64,000 nucleotides of DNA, taken from the IMG/VR virus record IMGVR_UViG_3300031730_000003, positions 3,108 to 67,107 of that record, one strand, 5' to 3'. This DNA is from a virus. Positions 29,041-36,497 of the stretch are shown here, in pieces. Numbering within the stretch: position 1 is the first letter of the stretch; each line of letters starts with the position of its first letter. The translations under genes and the position numbers were made by a program. A model generated the notes under the pieces. It was not told the DNA's origin. It was given only the letters and a program-made list of their open reading frames with translations, and did not search any database.

Positions 29041-29220
29041 TTACCTGAGAGGCACGTATGCCTTGCGTACATGAATTTGGCAGTACGGCCTGCCGTCGGC
29101 GCTTTCGGCTCCGCAGAACCTGAAGCTCGGGGTGCCCGGCTCGCCGAACGGCCACTGGCCGGGCCGCTTCACGACGGCGGGCTGCGGCGGCCGGGGCGGG
29201 GGCTTCGGCGTCTTGGCCAT
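29041..29220 (-). CDS. Mini GcrA-like protein (C-terminal domain only)
   Basis: GGAG RBS; QWPFGEPGTPSFRFCG......PYCQIH..KAY matches the GcrA C-terminal motif. Confidence 0.75.
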   Translation of the reverse strand: MAKTPKPPPRPPQPAVVKRPGQWPFGEPGTPSFRFCGAESADGRPYCQIHVRKAYVPLR

Positions 29221-29244
29221 GACCTCTGCTCCGGCCTGCACGAG

Positions 29245-29481
29245 CTAGTCCGCGGCGTCGCGGGCCGGCGTGACCGGCTCGACGACGACGGGCTTGCGGG
29301 GCTTGGACTCGGCGCGCAGGGCAACGCAGGTCACGGTCGCCTTGGCGCTGGTGATGTCGTGCGCGGTCATGGCGGCCTCGAAGTCGACCAGGAGGGGATC
29401 GAGCTTGGCGATTAGGCGGGACTGCTCGCGCTTGTCGTCGGTTGCGGGGATGGTGATGGCGATGCGGATTTCGGAGGGCAT
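29245..29481 (-). CDS. Hypothetical protein
   Basis: 78 aa, AAAGG RBS. Confidence 0.6.
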   Translation of the reverse strand: MPSEIRIAITIPATDDKREQSRLIAKLDPLLVDFEAAMTAHDITSAKATVTCVALRAESKPRKPVVVEPVTPARDAAD

Positions 29482-29498
29482 GTTGGGCCTTTCGGTGT

Positions 29499-29894
29499 TC
29501 AGACGGTGTGGGTGCCTTCGACGCCTCAGCGCATGCGGGCGAGGGTGCGCTGCTGCAGCCAGTGCATCACCTCCTCGATATGCGTCAGGGCGCAGGCATT
29601 TTCCTTGCAGGAGAACGGTCCATTCTGAAAGGACCGCAGCCGGTCTGCGACGATGGCGAGGAGGACTTCCTGCGTGACGCCATTCACGCCAGCCTCTGGT
29701 ATCGTCCCGTTTTGGAACAGGACGACAAGCGGTTCGCCTTGCAGATCGTCGACATCGGATGGATTGGTGGAGACGTCGAAGCCGCCAACCACGTAGCGGT
29801 GGTTCGCACCGCCGGCTCCAGGCTGATCAGTGGCTTCGATGGTGAGTTTGTCATTCGCCGGGTTGACGATGTGCTCGGTTAGGGCGCGGGGCAT
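29499..29894 (-). CDS. tad1: Tad1 (Acb2/Tad1-family) anti-defence sponge with an in-frame TGA at 29526-29528; ORF as written is 29526-29894
   Basis: PGAGGANHRY...FQNG......NGVTQEVLLAIVADRLRSFQNGPFSCKENACALTHIEE..HWL..R; after the TGA the frame continues GVEGTHTV*. Confidence 0.85.
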
Positions 29895-30124
29895 GGCGTT
29901 TCCTTCAGGGTTGGTGGGGCAGGCGCCCCGGGCGTTGGGCACGATCCTGGCGCGCGTTCCAGCGGTGGATCGCGACCAGCATGAGGATGGCGAGCACCGG
30001 CATGAGCACCAGGCCGGCCACGATGGCGGTGTCGGTCACGGCCGGCCGAACACGAAGCGCCGGCGCGCGGGCGACGTCGGGCTCGACCAGGCAGTGAAGA
30101 CGAGCGCGAGGAGGGCACGGCGGG

Positions 30125-30343
30125 TCATGCCTTTACCACCCAGCGCTCGAACTCGTCAGGTTGCCCGCGGTTGACGACCTCGACTGTCGCGCAGCGGCGA
30201 AGGTCGTCCCGCATCACGGAACCGCCACGCAGGAAAGCATGGACCACGCGCTGCTGGGCAGTCATGAAGGCGAGCGCGCCAGCGGCATCGAATGGCGGGT
30301 TGATGCGCACCTCGCTGTAGCCGGCGATCTGCTGCGTGATCAT
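30125..30343 (-). CDS. Hypothetical protein
   Basis: ATGA coupling, 72 aa. Confidence 0.55.
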   Translation of the reverse strand: MITQQIAGYSEVRINPPFDAAGALAFMTAQQRVVHAFLRGGSVMRDDLRRCATVEVVNRGQPDEFERWVVKA

Positions 30344-30588
30344 GCCTTCGCCTCCCAAAGCGAGCCCTTTGGCCCGCACATGCCGAGGTGGGTCTGGCGC
30401 TGCACGGCGCAGCGATGGATGCCTCGCTGGAGCTCCTCGCCGGTGACCAAGTCGTAGACCGGCCCGTTGAGTTGCGGCGCGGTGCAGTAGTGCTCGATGC
30501 CGGATCCCAGGCTGCTGCGCACCGGCACGACCTGCTGCACGGAGTTGCACCAGCGGCAGTTGATGCAAAAGGGAGGCCTGTCGCTCAC
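30340..30588 (-). CDS. Cys-rich Zn-binding protein (paralog of 42182-42427)
   Basis: CINCRW...CTAPQ...DLVTG...CAVQRQ...CGPKG..W. Confidence 0.7.
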   Translation of the reverse strand: MSDRPPFCINCRWCNSVQQVVPVRSSLGSGIEHYCTAPQLNGPVYDLVTGEELQRGIHRCAVQRQTHLGMCGPKGSLWEAKA

Positions 30589-31130
30589 CGGGGCAGCGCG
30601 CCTTGCGGCGTGAATGGCCAGAGCTTCGGTGGGAAAAGCGGGTCGAACCCGATGACATCTGAAGCCTTCGCAGCGAGCACGGGGTTCAACTGCTCGACCT
30701 GGATCTCGCCAGCGCCCCCCTCAGTGTGCACCATGGCCAACCGCACCGCCTCCTTGGCGCTTGCACCCGCGGCCAGGGCACCGAGCATGAACGCCTCGGC
30801 GGCGCCGAGCACGTGGTACGGCGCTTGTAATGCGAAGGGCAGCCACTCCTCGTCGTAGCGTGTCACGCCGCCGTCGGCATGGACAATCAGCGCCTGGAAG
30901 CCATCGCCGGCCTTGACCGCCTCGCGCTCGCCTTTCCCGCCGGCTTCCAGCCATTCATGGAACCTCGCGATCACACCGGAAGCACCAGCGCAGACGACCA
31001 GCGCGCCAGCCATCAGCGGGGAGTTCAAGCGCCTGATCTTCTTGTTGTGGCCGGTTATGACGCGGCCGCCGGCGCCCCAGGTCGCACTATCGGCGGCCAC
31101 CACTCCGTCTCGATACGCCACCAGCGTCAT
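30585..31130 (-). CDS. Ntn-hydrolase (HslV / proteasome beta-like) protein
   Basis: GGAGG RBS; M-T-LVAYRDGVVAADS N-terminal Thr nucleophile pattern; LGAA..FMLGAL.AGASAKEAV. Confidence 0.75.
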   Translation of the reverse strand: MTLVAYRDGVVAADSATWGAGGRVITGHNKKIRRLNSPLMAGALVVCAGASGVIARFHEWLEAGGKGEREAVKAGDGFQALIVHADGGVTRYDEEWLPFALQAPYHVLGAAEAFMLGALAAGASAKEAVRLAMVHTEGGAGEIQVEQLNPVLAAKASDVIGFDPLFPPKLWPFTPQGALPR

Positions 31131-31155
31131 GCCTGCCTCCACCAATTGCTGTGGA

Positions 31156-31184
31156 AACTTACGCGCAAAAGTTGACAGCCGCAA
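31156..31184 (-). promoter_or_regulatory. Promoter for the Ntn-hydrolase to Tad1 operon
   Basis: TTGCGG-N17-TAAGTT, directly after a terminator. Confidence 0.55.
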
Positions 31185-31194
31185 GCCGTGCGCA

Positions 31195-31237
31195 AAGAAA
31201 AACCCCCGGCGCGGATTGAACCACGGCCCCGGGGGCT
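31195..31237 (-). terminator. Rho-independent terminator
   Basis: CCCCCGG / CCGGGGG stem plus TTTTTCTTT. Confidence 0.75.
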
Positions 31238-31292
31238 GCCAAGCGGCAAAGTCTGATAGATGAGGAAACATGCGCCGTTCACACGACCGCGA
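31195..31292 (-). ncRNA. Candidate suhB/alpha-r8 (MmgR)-like small RNA
   Basis: Intergenic, with upstream CTTGACG (-35 at 31319-31324). Core TTTCCTCATCTATCAGACTT followed by a GC terminator CCCCCGG...CCGGGGG-TTTTTCTTT. Confidence 0.45.
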
Positions 31293-31320
31293 GCACTCAG
31301 CGCCGTGCCGGCGTGGCGCG

Positions 31321-31500
31321 TCAAGCAGTTTGCGTGGCGTCGCCCTTCTTCCCCTTGGTGCCCTTGTCGTCGGGGGCCGGCGCCGCGGCAGCTTCGAGGG
31401 CAGCAACGCGCGCTTCGAGCGCAGCGACATGCTCGTGCACCCAGACTGCCACGGCCTGCACGCCATGGTCAGCAAACTCTGGCAGTTCGATTCCCGGCAT
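31321..31500 (-). CDS. Small hypothetical protein (59 aa, below the ORF-track cutoff)
   Basis: CAGGAG RBS; MPGIELPEFADHGVQAVAVWVHEHVAALEARVAALEAAA...TA*. Confidence 0.65.
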   Translation of the reverse strand: MPGIELPEFADHGVQAVAVWVHEHVAALEARVAALEAAAAPAPDDKGTKGKKGDATQTA

Positions 31501-31687
31501 CTCGGTCTCCTGTTGAGCGCCGTCGCACTGCGCGCCAGCGGTACTCGGTTCGGCTTATACCCCAGGCGGCCAGGCAGTTGCGAACGGTCTGTGGCGCGCA
31601 GCCGAGGTGGCCGGCGATGCGCCCGAGCGGCCATTTGCCGCGGTAGCGCCAAAGCACATAGGCCTGTTCATCGGCCGTCAACCTCAT
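31469..31687 (-). CDS. Helix-turn-helix protein
   Basis: ATGA coupling; WPLGRIAGHLGCAPQTVRNCL. Confidence 0.65.
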   Translation of the reverse strand: MRLTADEQAYVLWRYRGKWPLGRIAGHLGCAPQTVRNCLAAWGISRTEYRWRAVRRRSTGDRDAGNRTARVC

Positions 31688-31887
31688 CCTCGATGCTCGC
31701 CGGCGATCCGGTAGACCTCCTCCAGAGCCGCGCGCTTCATGGCGTTCCAGCCAGCCGCGCCGAATCGCTCTTGCCAGCGCGCGCTGACGCCTTCCCACAA
31801 CTGCCTGTACGGCGGCCACTCTGCCATGAGGCGATCGTGCCTCAGTTCGAGATCAGCCTCTCTCATGTCTGGTCCGGGCGTCGGCAT
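31684..31887 (-). CDS. Hypothetical protein
   Basis: 67 aa, in operon. Confidence 0.5.
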   Translation of the reverse strand: MPTPGPDMREADLELRHDRLMAEWPPYRQLWEGVSARWQERFGAAGWNAMKRAALEEVYRIAGEHRG

Positions 31888-31904
31888 GCTGTGCAGCGTA
31901 CCTA

Positions 31905-32621
31905 TTATATACTGTGGGTCGGCGCGGGCCGCCCGACGACGATGGTGAAACCCTGGATCGCCGCCGCCTGCAGGATCTGCTGCAGCGCTTCAGGTGCGCC
32001 GCTGCTGACGGAGGGACGCAGCGGCAATGGGCACGATTGCCCTTGCTCGTCGACGACGCGAAGGAGCGCGATGCCCAAGGCGCCGGCCGCCGCGTGGGCG
32101 CGCTCGTGCGAGATGAACACCGTCTTCAGCGCCTTCTCAGGAGCGCGCTCGTCGTCGGCGTGCACCCAGGAAGTGCTCATGTGCGCCACGGGAGGCTCCG
32201 GCTCCGGCACGATCGACTGCCCGGCCCGCAGCCGGCTCAGTTCGTCGGCGGTCAGAATGCCGTCGGCGTAGGCAGCGCGCCCCTGCGAGTTCACGCCAGG
32301 ATCGAGGCGCCAATCGTAGGTCACACGCCGAAATGACGTGCCGAAGATCAAGGCGTCGTGGATGTGCTGCTCGTCCGATTTCTCGGCAGGCTCATGCAGG
32401 TCGAACAGGCTTGTGGCCGCCTCATGCCGCCAGTACGCCGCCCACCACGCCGGGAAGTCGTCCTTGCTCACAGAGGACCGGCTGGCGATGCGGGCGTCGA
32501 GCTCGGCTCGGTCGCGCCTGGCACGCACTAGGCGCTCATGAGCCCGGTCGCGGGCCCACTTCTCCGGGCAATATTCGTAGTCGAAGTCGTGGTGCGACTG
32601 GCAGGTAGGGCACCACATCAT
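31905..32621 (-). CDS. Hypothetical protein with N-terminal Zn-knuckle
   Basis: ATGA coupling; WCPTCQSHH...YCP. Confidence 0.55.
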   Translation of the reverse strand: MMWCPTCQSHHDFDYEYCPEKWARDRAHERLVRARRDRAELDARIASRSSVSKDDFPAWWAAYWRHEAATSLFDLHEPAEKSDEQHIHDALIFGTSFRRVTYDWRLDPGVNSQGRAAYADGILTADELSRLRAGQSIVPEPEPPVAHMSTSWVHADDERAPEKALKTVFISHERAHAAAGALGIALLRVVDEQGQSCPLPLRPSVSSGAPEALQQILQAAAIQGFTIVVGRPAPTHSI

Positions 32622-32842
32622 GCCGCGCTCTCCTTCCGCCGCTGCAGTGCCTGCACATTCGCCAGCGTCAGTAGCACGGCCTCCATCACCGAAATCTCCT
32701 CGGCGGCCTGGCGCTCGGTCATCTTCCCGTTCTCGACCCACCGCGGGTACACCCGCCGGCGCATGCTGAGTTCCCGCCGCACCGCTTCCACCTGCCGCTC
32801 GAGCGAAACGCTGTCGGGCAGGCCGCCGAACAGGTCGCTCAT
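32618..32842 (-). CDS. Conserved phage hypothetical protein
   Basis: QVEAVRRELSMRRRVYPRWVENGKMT...EISVMEAVL. Confidence 0.75.
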   Translation of the reverse strand: MSDLFGGLPDSVSLERQVEAVRRELSMRRRVYPRWVENGKMTERQAAEEISVMEAVLLTLANVQALQRRKESAA

Positions 32843-33111
32843 GCCGGCACGCCCCGGCTCAGCACCATCACGCGCACATCGTCCAGCCACGTCCAAGGCC
32901 GCAGTGCATTCTCGGCCGTCGGCGCCGCATCGGCCACGCGCCACACGAACGCGATCTTGTCCTGGTGCCAATACCACGGCTTGCCCTCCCCACTCAGCGC
33001 AATCGACGTGTAATCGCCCCAGATCGGCGTGCCTGGCGTCGGTTCATGCCAAGGCCGCCAGCCCATCATCGAGCAGCACAGCGCCGTCAGAGCCTCGTGG
33101 CGCGGGCTCAT
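32839..33111 (-). CDS. Hypothetical protein
   Basis: ATGA-coupled, 90 aa. Confidence 0.55.
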   Translation of the reverse strand: MSPRHEALTALCCSMMGWRPWHEPTPGTPIWGDYTSIALSGEGKPWYWHQDKIAFVWRVADAAPTAENALRPWTWLDDVRVMVLSRGVPA

Positions 33112-33416
33112 GTCGGAAGCCCAGCCGCGAGCCGGTTCCGCTCAGCGTCCGTGAGCTCGCGCTGCTGACTCGGAACAGAGCACGGCGCCATGCCAGCCAG
33201 CCGCGTGAGTTGCTCGGGCGTGAGCGCGGTCTGCTCTCCAAGATTGCCGCCCCGCGCTTCCACGAGGCTTTTCCAGTCCTGCGTCACCACGTAGCCAGGG
33301 TGCAGCAGCAGCAGCGCCGCAGCCTTCACCGCCGGGTCCTTCGTCTCGTGCGCGATCTTCAGCGCCTCAAGCGCCTGGGCCGGCGTCAGCCGAGGCTCGG
33401 CGTGAACGATCTCCAT
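33108..33416 (-). CDS. Hypothetical protein
   Basis: CAGGAG RBS at 33424-33429. Confidence 0.6.
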   Translation of the reverse strand: MEIVHAEPRLTPAQALEALKIAHETKDPAVKAAALLLLHPGYVVTQDWKSLVEARGGNLGEQTALTPEQLTRLAGMAPCSVPSQQRELTDAERNRLAAGLPT

Positions 33417-33425
33417 GCTCAACTC

Positions 33426-33469
33426 CTGTCCAATATCGTGTAAACATCTTCACACGAAACGCTGGACAG
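33426..33469. promoter_or_regulatory. Imperfect palindrome overlapping a putative promoter and the RBS
   Basis: CTGTCCA..TCGTGTAAA / TTCACACGA..TGGACAG; TTGCGC-N17-GAAGAT on the minus strand. Confidence 0.45.
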
Positions 33470-33620
33470 CGCAACGCCGCCGTGCCATGAAAACAGCGCT
33501 GCCGGCGAGTTAGCTCGTGATCGCCGCCTATCCCGCGAGGTCATCGGGGCAGCTGGAGGCGCGGCGGGGCGCTCGACACCACCCTCCCCCAGGAGGTCGG
33601 GCGCCCTAGCCCCGCACAGC

Positions 33621-33645
33621 AAAACGGGCCGCCGAAGCAGCCCGT
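33621..33645 (-). terminator. Rho-independent terminator
   Basis: ACGGGCTGC-TTCG-GCGGCCCGT-TTT downstream of the 33675 stop. Confidence 0.75.
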
Positions 33646-33674
33646 CTTACCCCCAGACGCAGCCCCCGTGACGT

Positions 33675-34241
33675 TCAGGCAGCGAGCGCAGACAAAGCAG
33701 CAAGCTGCGCAGCGCTCGCCGGAGCAGAACCGTCAGAAGCAGAAACCAGCGCCGTGGCAATCGCGCCAGCCAGCATCGCCTTGCTGATCTGCGGCGACAC
33801 GCCATCGCCAAGCGCCACAATCACCTGCAGCTGAACATCCGTGGCGCCAGCATCACGGGCCGACTGGATGGCGGCAGCGAATGCAGCAGGATCGACATTC
33901 ACCGGCGGAGCAGTCGGGTCGTCGCTTTTCAGCGTCGTCGACATGCCGCGGATCCGGCTGATCAGGTCGTCGAATGCCGCAGCATCCCCCGTGGACAAGG
34001 TCCCCTGCGCCGCTATGGCGTCCTTCAGCTGCTGCATTTCCGTCGCGATATCGGTACTCAGATCACCGAGAGCAGAAAGAACCTCCGCAATCTTGGAGCC
34101 AACAGTTGCCGACATTTCGATTATCCTCCTGATGATGACGTGCTGGTGCTCATGAACAAGCCCGAGAAGACCGTCAATGCCCGCCAGCCGATCAAGTATC
34201 AGCCCGAGCAGTTGCCGCTCGCTCATCTGATCGCGGTGCAT
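33675..34241 (-). CDS. Hypothetical helical protein
   Basis: GGGAGGG RBS before ATG 34241; alternative start at 34115. Confidence 0.6.
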   Translation of the reverse strand: MHRDQMSERQLLGLILDRLAGIDGLLGLVHEHQHVIIRRIIEMSATVGSKIAEVLSALGDLSTDIATEMQQLKDAIAAQGTLSTGDAAAFDDLISRIRGMSTTLKSDDPTAPPVNVDPAAFAAAIQSARDAGATDVQLQVIVALGDGVSPQISKAMLAGAIATALVSASDGSAPASAAQLAALSALAA

Positions 34242-34362
34242 CGAACCCTCCCATCCTTGGGCCGCACCCTTTAACCACGCCACCACCCCGCTGAGCAGCC
34301 CGCGAACCACCAATCCCACCTTCGTGATCACCCAACCACCGCAAACGCTCACCACATTGTGA

Positions 34363-34662
34363 TCAGCGAGAGCCCGCCGGAACACCCTCAATCGCCCGCA
34401 CAGCAGCCTCCCAACCATCCTCGCCGCGCCAAATCGGAGCCGGCCCACGCGAATCGTCCGCCGCCCGATACACCACAAAGTTCCGCAAAGCCCCGCTCGC
34501 GCCGAACCGCCACCGCACCGGGTGGACCAAATCGTTCAACTCAAACAGCCGATGCGGACCGTCCTCAGCACCGCGGTGATCGTCCACCCACGTCTCACAG
34601 CGTGCCGGAGGAACAGGCACACCACGGGCCTCACACGCCGATCGCATCACCTCGTCGATCAT
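34363..34662 (-). CDS. Hypothetical protein
   Basis: ORF in operon orientation. Confidence 0.45.
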   Translation of the reverse strand: MIDEVMRSACEARGVPVPPARCETWVDDHRGAEDGPHRLFELNDLVHPVRWRFGASGALRNFVVYRAADDSRGPAPIWRGEDGWEAAVRAIEGVPAGSR

Positions 34663-34998
34663 CAAAACCCCCAATTTCCCGCAAATTTTCGGCGCCAAGC
34701 TGTACGCACACCACAGGTCCGTTCGTCTCAACGCACGAGACGCGATCTCCAGTTTTCATGGCGCGCGCCGCAGACGGCATACGAGAAATTGGAGCCGGCC
34801 AGGGGGGGCTGCCGGGGGTCGCGTGCGCATCCATGCCCGCCCTGACCCGCCGGCCTCGGCCTGACCAACTCGGATCGCATCGGCCGGCCGCGCAATCGCC
34901 TCGCCGTATGTGATCACCACACTGTACAGTCAGCGCACCGCGTTCAAACGGTCGTTTGCTGATGCAGTGCGACATTGGACAGCCGCACTATCAACGAC

Positions 34999-35535
34999 TT
35001 AGCTCGCCGATCCGTCGATGGTGGGTGGTTCGTCCGATGCTGGCTCTGGTGCTGGCACGAATGCGCCGCTGTCCAGGATCGCCCGGAGCGCGGCCAGCTG
35101 GTCGGCACTGAGGCGGGCCAGATCCAGGGTCATGGCGGGCGGTGCGGTGGGAACGAGCTCGGTCACCTTCCCGGCGCCTCGGTCGAGCACGGCTTGAGCG
35201 GCGACGACGCGGACGCGGCCGTCTTCGGTCGGATCGGACATGATGGCGATCAGGGCTTCCATCGCTTCGACCGTCTTGCTGGCGGCCAACTGCCGCATCG
35301 CCGTGACTTTGCCCTGCTTCCCGGTCGGGTTGCCGGACTGCCCTGGCTGCCACATCCGCAGGTTCTCGATCCGACCACTGCGCGCGCCTGTGGGCGCAAT
35401 CGGCCCCGGCACACTGTCAGCGGCCTCCTCGCTTGTGGTGACCGAGCGACCATTGACCGCGTTTGAGCCGTCCTGTTGACCGTACGCGGCCTGATCATTG
35501 ACTGGCGGGTGTTCGGCCTGGAGGGCGGCTGACAT
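34999..35535 (-). CDS. Terminase small subunit-like protein (DUF5681 motif)
   Basis: ENLRMWQPGQSGNPTG...AMEALIAIM.....RVRVVAAQAVLDRGAGK...DLARLSADQLAAL. Confidence 0.75.
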   Translation of the reverse strand: MSAALQAEHPPVNDQAAYGQQDGSNAVNGRSVTTSEEAADSVPGPIAPTGARSGRIENLRMWQPGQSGNPTGKQGKVTAMRQLAASKTVEAMEALIAIMSDPTEDGRVRVVAAQAVLDRGAGKVTELVPTAPPAMTLDLARLSADQLAALRAILDSGAFVPAPEPASDEPPTIDGSAS

Positions 35536-35676
35536 GGGCTGTACGACCCCTTGATTGACCGGGGGACCCTATTGCGGTGGAGGGCGGTGCTGCAACCTCA
35601 GAGCGTGGTTGGCGTCTAGCGCCTTTGCCCTGCACCTTTCATCGCGCTGCGCTTCGCTTAGACCGCGCGGCGGATT

Positions 35677-36168
35677 TCAGTGCTTTGATTGTGCCCCCTT
35701 CCTACGTTTCCCCCGCTGCTTCGGTGGTTTGCGGGTTTGGAGTTCGGTTGCGGCTGCGTCTCGCATGTGGCGGAGGAGAGCCGGGGCGCCTTTGCGGTGG
35801 GCGTCGATGCGATGCTCGGGTGAGTTCAGGATGGCGAGGAGTTCATCGTAGGAGCGGGCTTTGACGAGTTGTCGGGCTACAACCTCGGGATCGTCTGGCC
35901 TGAGTGCGTGAGGATCGAGGAGGCGGGTTGGCGGTGGTGTGATTTGGTTCGGGTCTGGTTGGCCACGCAGATTGAGAGCGCGCTGGATCCAGAGGCTACC
36001 TGTCCGGTTGATGCCGGGCCTGTATGCATTGATGAGCCACCGAATAGCGCGTCGGATGCGCCACACTTCCCAATTGGCCGGGATTGGATTGGGCTTGGTT
36101 TGCTGGTCGATGCGATCGGCAGCGAGGGAGAGAAGGGCGCGCGGGATTTTCAAGACACAGTTCCCCAT
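35677..36168 (-). CDS. Hypothetical protein (start uncertain)
   Basis: Long ORF upstream of TerS with a basic C-terminus. Confidence 0.45.
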   Translation of the reverse strand: MGNCVLKIPRALLSLAADRIDQQTKPNPIPANWEVWRIRRAIRWLINAYRPGINRTGSLWIQRALNLRGQPDPNQITPPPTRLLDPHALRPDDPEVVARQLVKARSYDELLAILNSPEHRIDAHRKGAPALLRHMRDAAATELQTRKPPKQRGKRRKGAQSKH

Positions 36169-36371
36169 TGAAGCGAGAGGGAAACGCGCCCCAGGCGGCC
36201 TTCGGTTTGACGGGCGGGGCCACATTCGGAGGAGCATGTCACCATGCCGACCTGTCCGCGCCGCTGGTTCCACAGCCGGTTGGTCCCGTCTAACCTAGAA
36301 CCCCTGGCTGTTAGCTTATCGGAGTGACTACCGACGCGGCTTGACTTCCGGGCCTGCCAGCCCTTAATAAC

Positions 36372-36460
36372 GTCCGCGCCGGACGATTTAGGGCCGCTTG
36401 GGTTCCGCCAGCAGCCTAAAAGGAAGCCCCACCAGATGCAAGTCTGGTGGGGTTTCTCAT
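36372..36460 (+). ncRNA. Candidate ~90-nt three-hairpin sRNA
   Basis: TTGACT(36341)-N17/18-TTAATA/TAATAA upstream; hairpins CGTCC..GGACG and TTTAGG..CCTAAA, then a terminator. Confidence 0.35.
36418..36460. terminator. Bidirectional terminator
   Basis: GAAGCCCCACCAGA-TGCAAG-TCTGGTGGGGTTTC with T-rich tails on both strands. Confidence 0.8.
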
Positions 36461-36497
36461 TCTAGAGCCCAGCTTGCGCCGGGCCTGAGAGCTTGGG

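Noticed and set aside
29526-29528. Genome-wide TGA recoding suggested by the stop inside tad1
   Set aside because: TGA is the normal stop in dozens of ATGA/GTGA overlaps, and no suppressor tRNA is visible.
31200-31240. GGTTCAATCC (minus strand) resembling a tRNA T-arm
   Set aside because: It is the loop of a terminator stem; no cloverleaf, anticodon arm or acceptor stem could be built.
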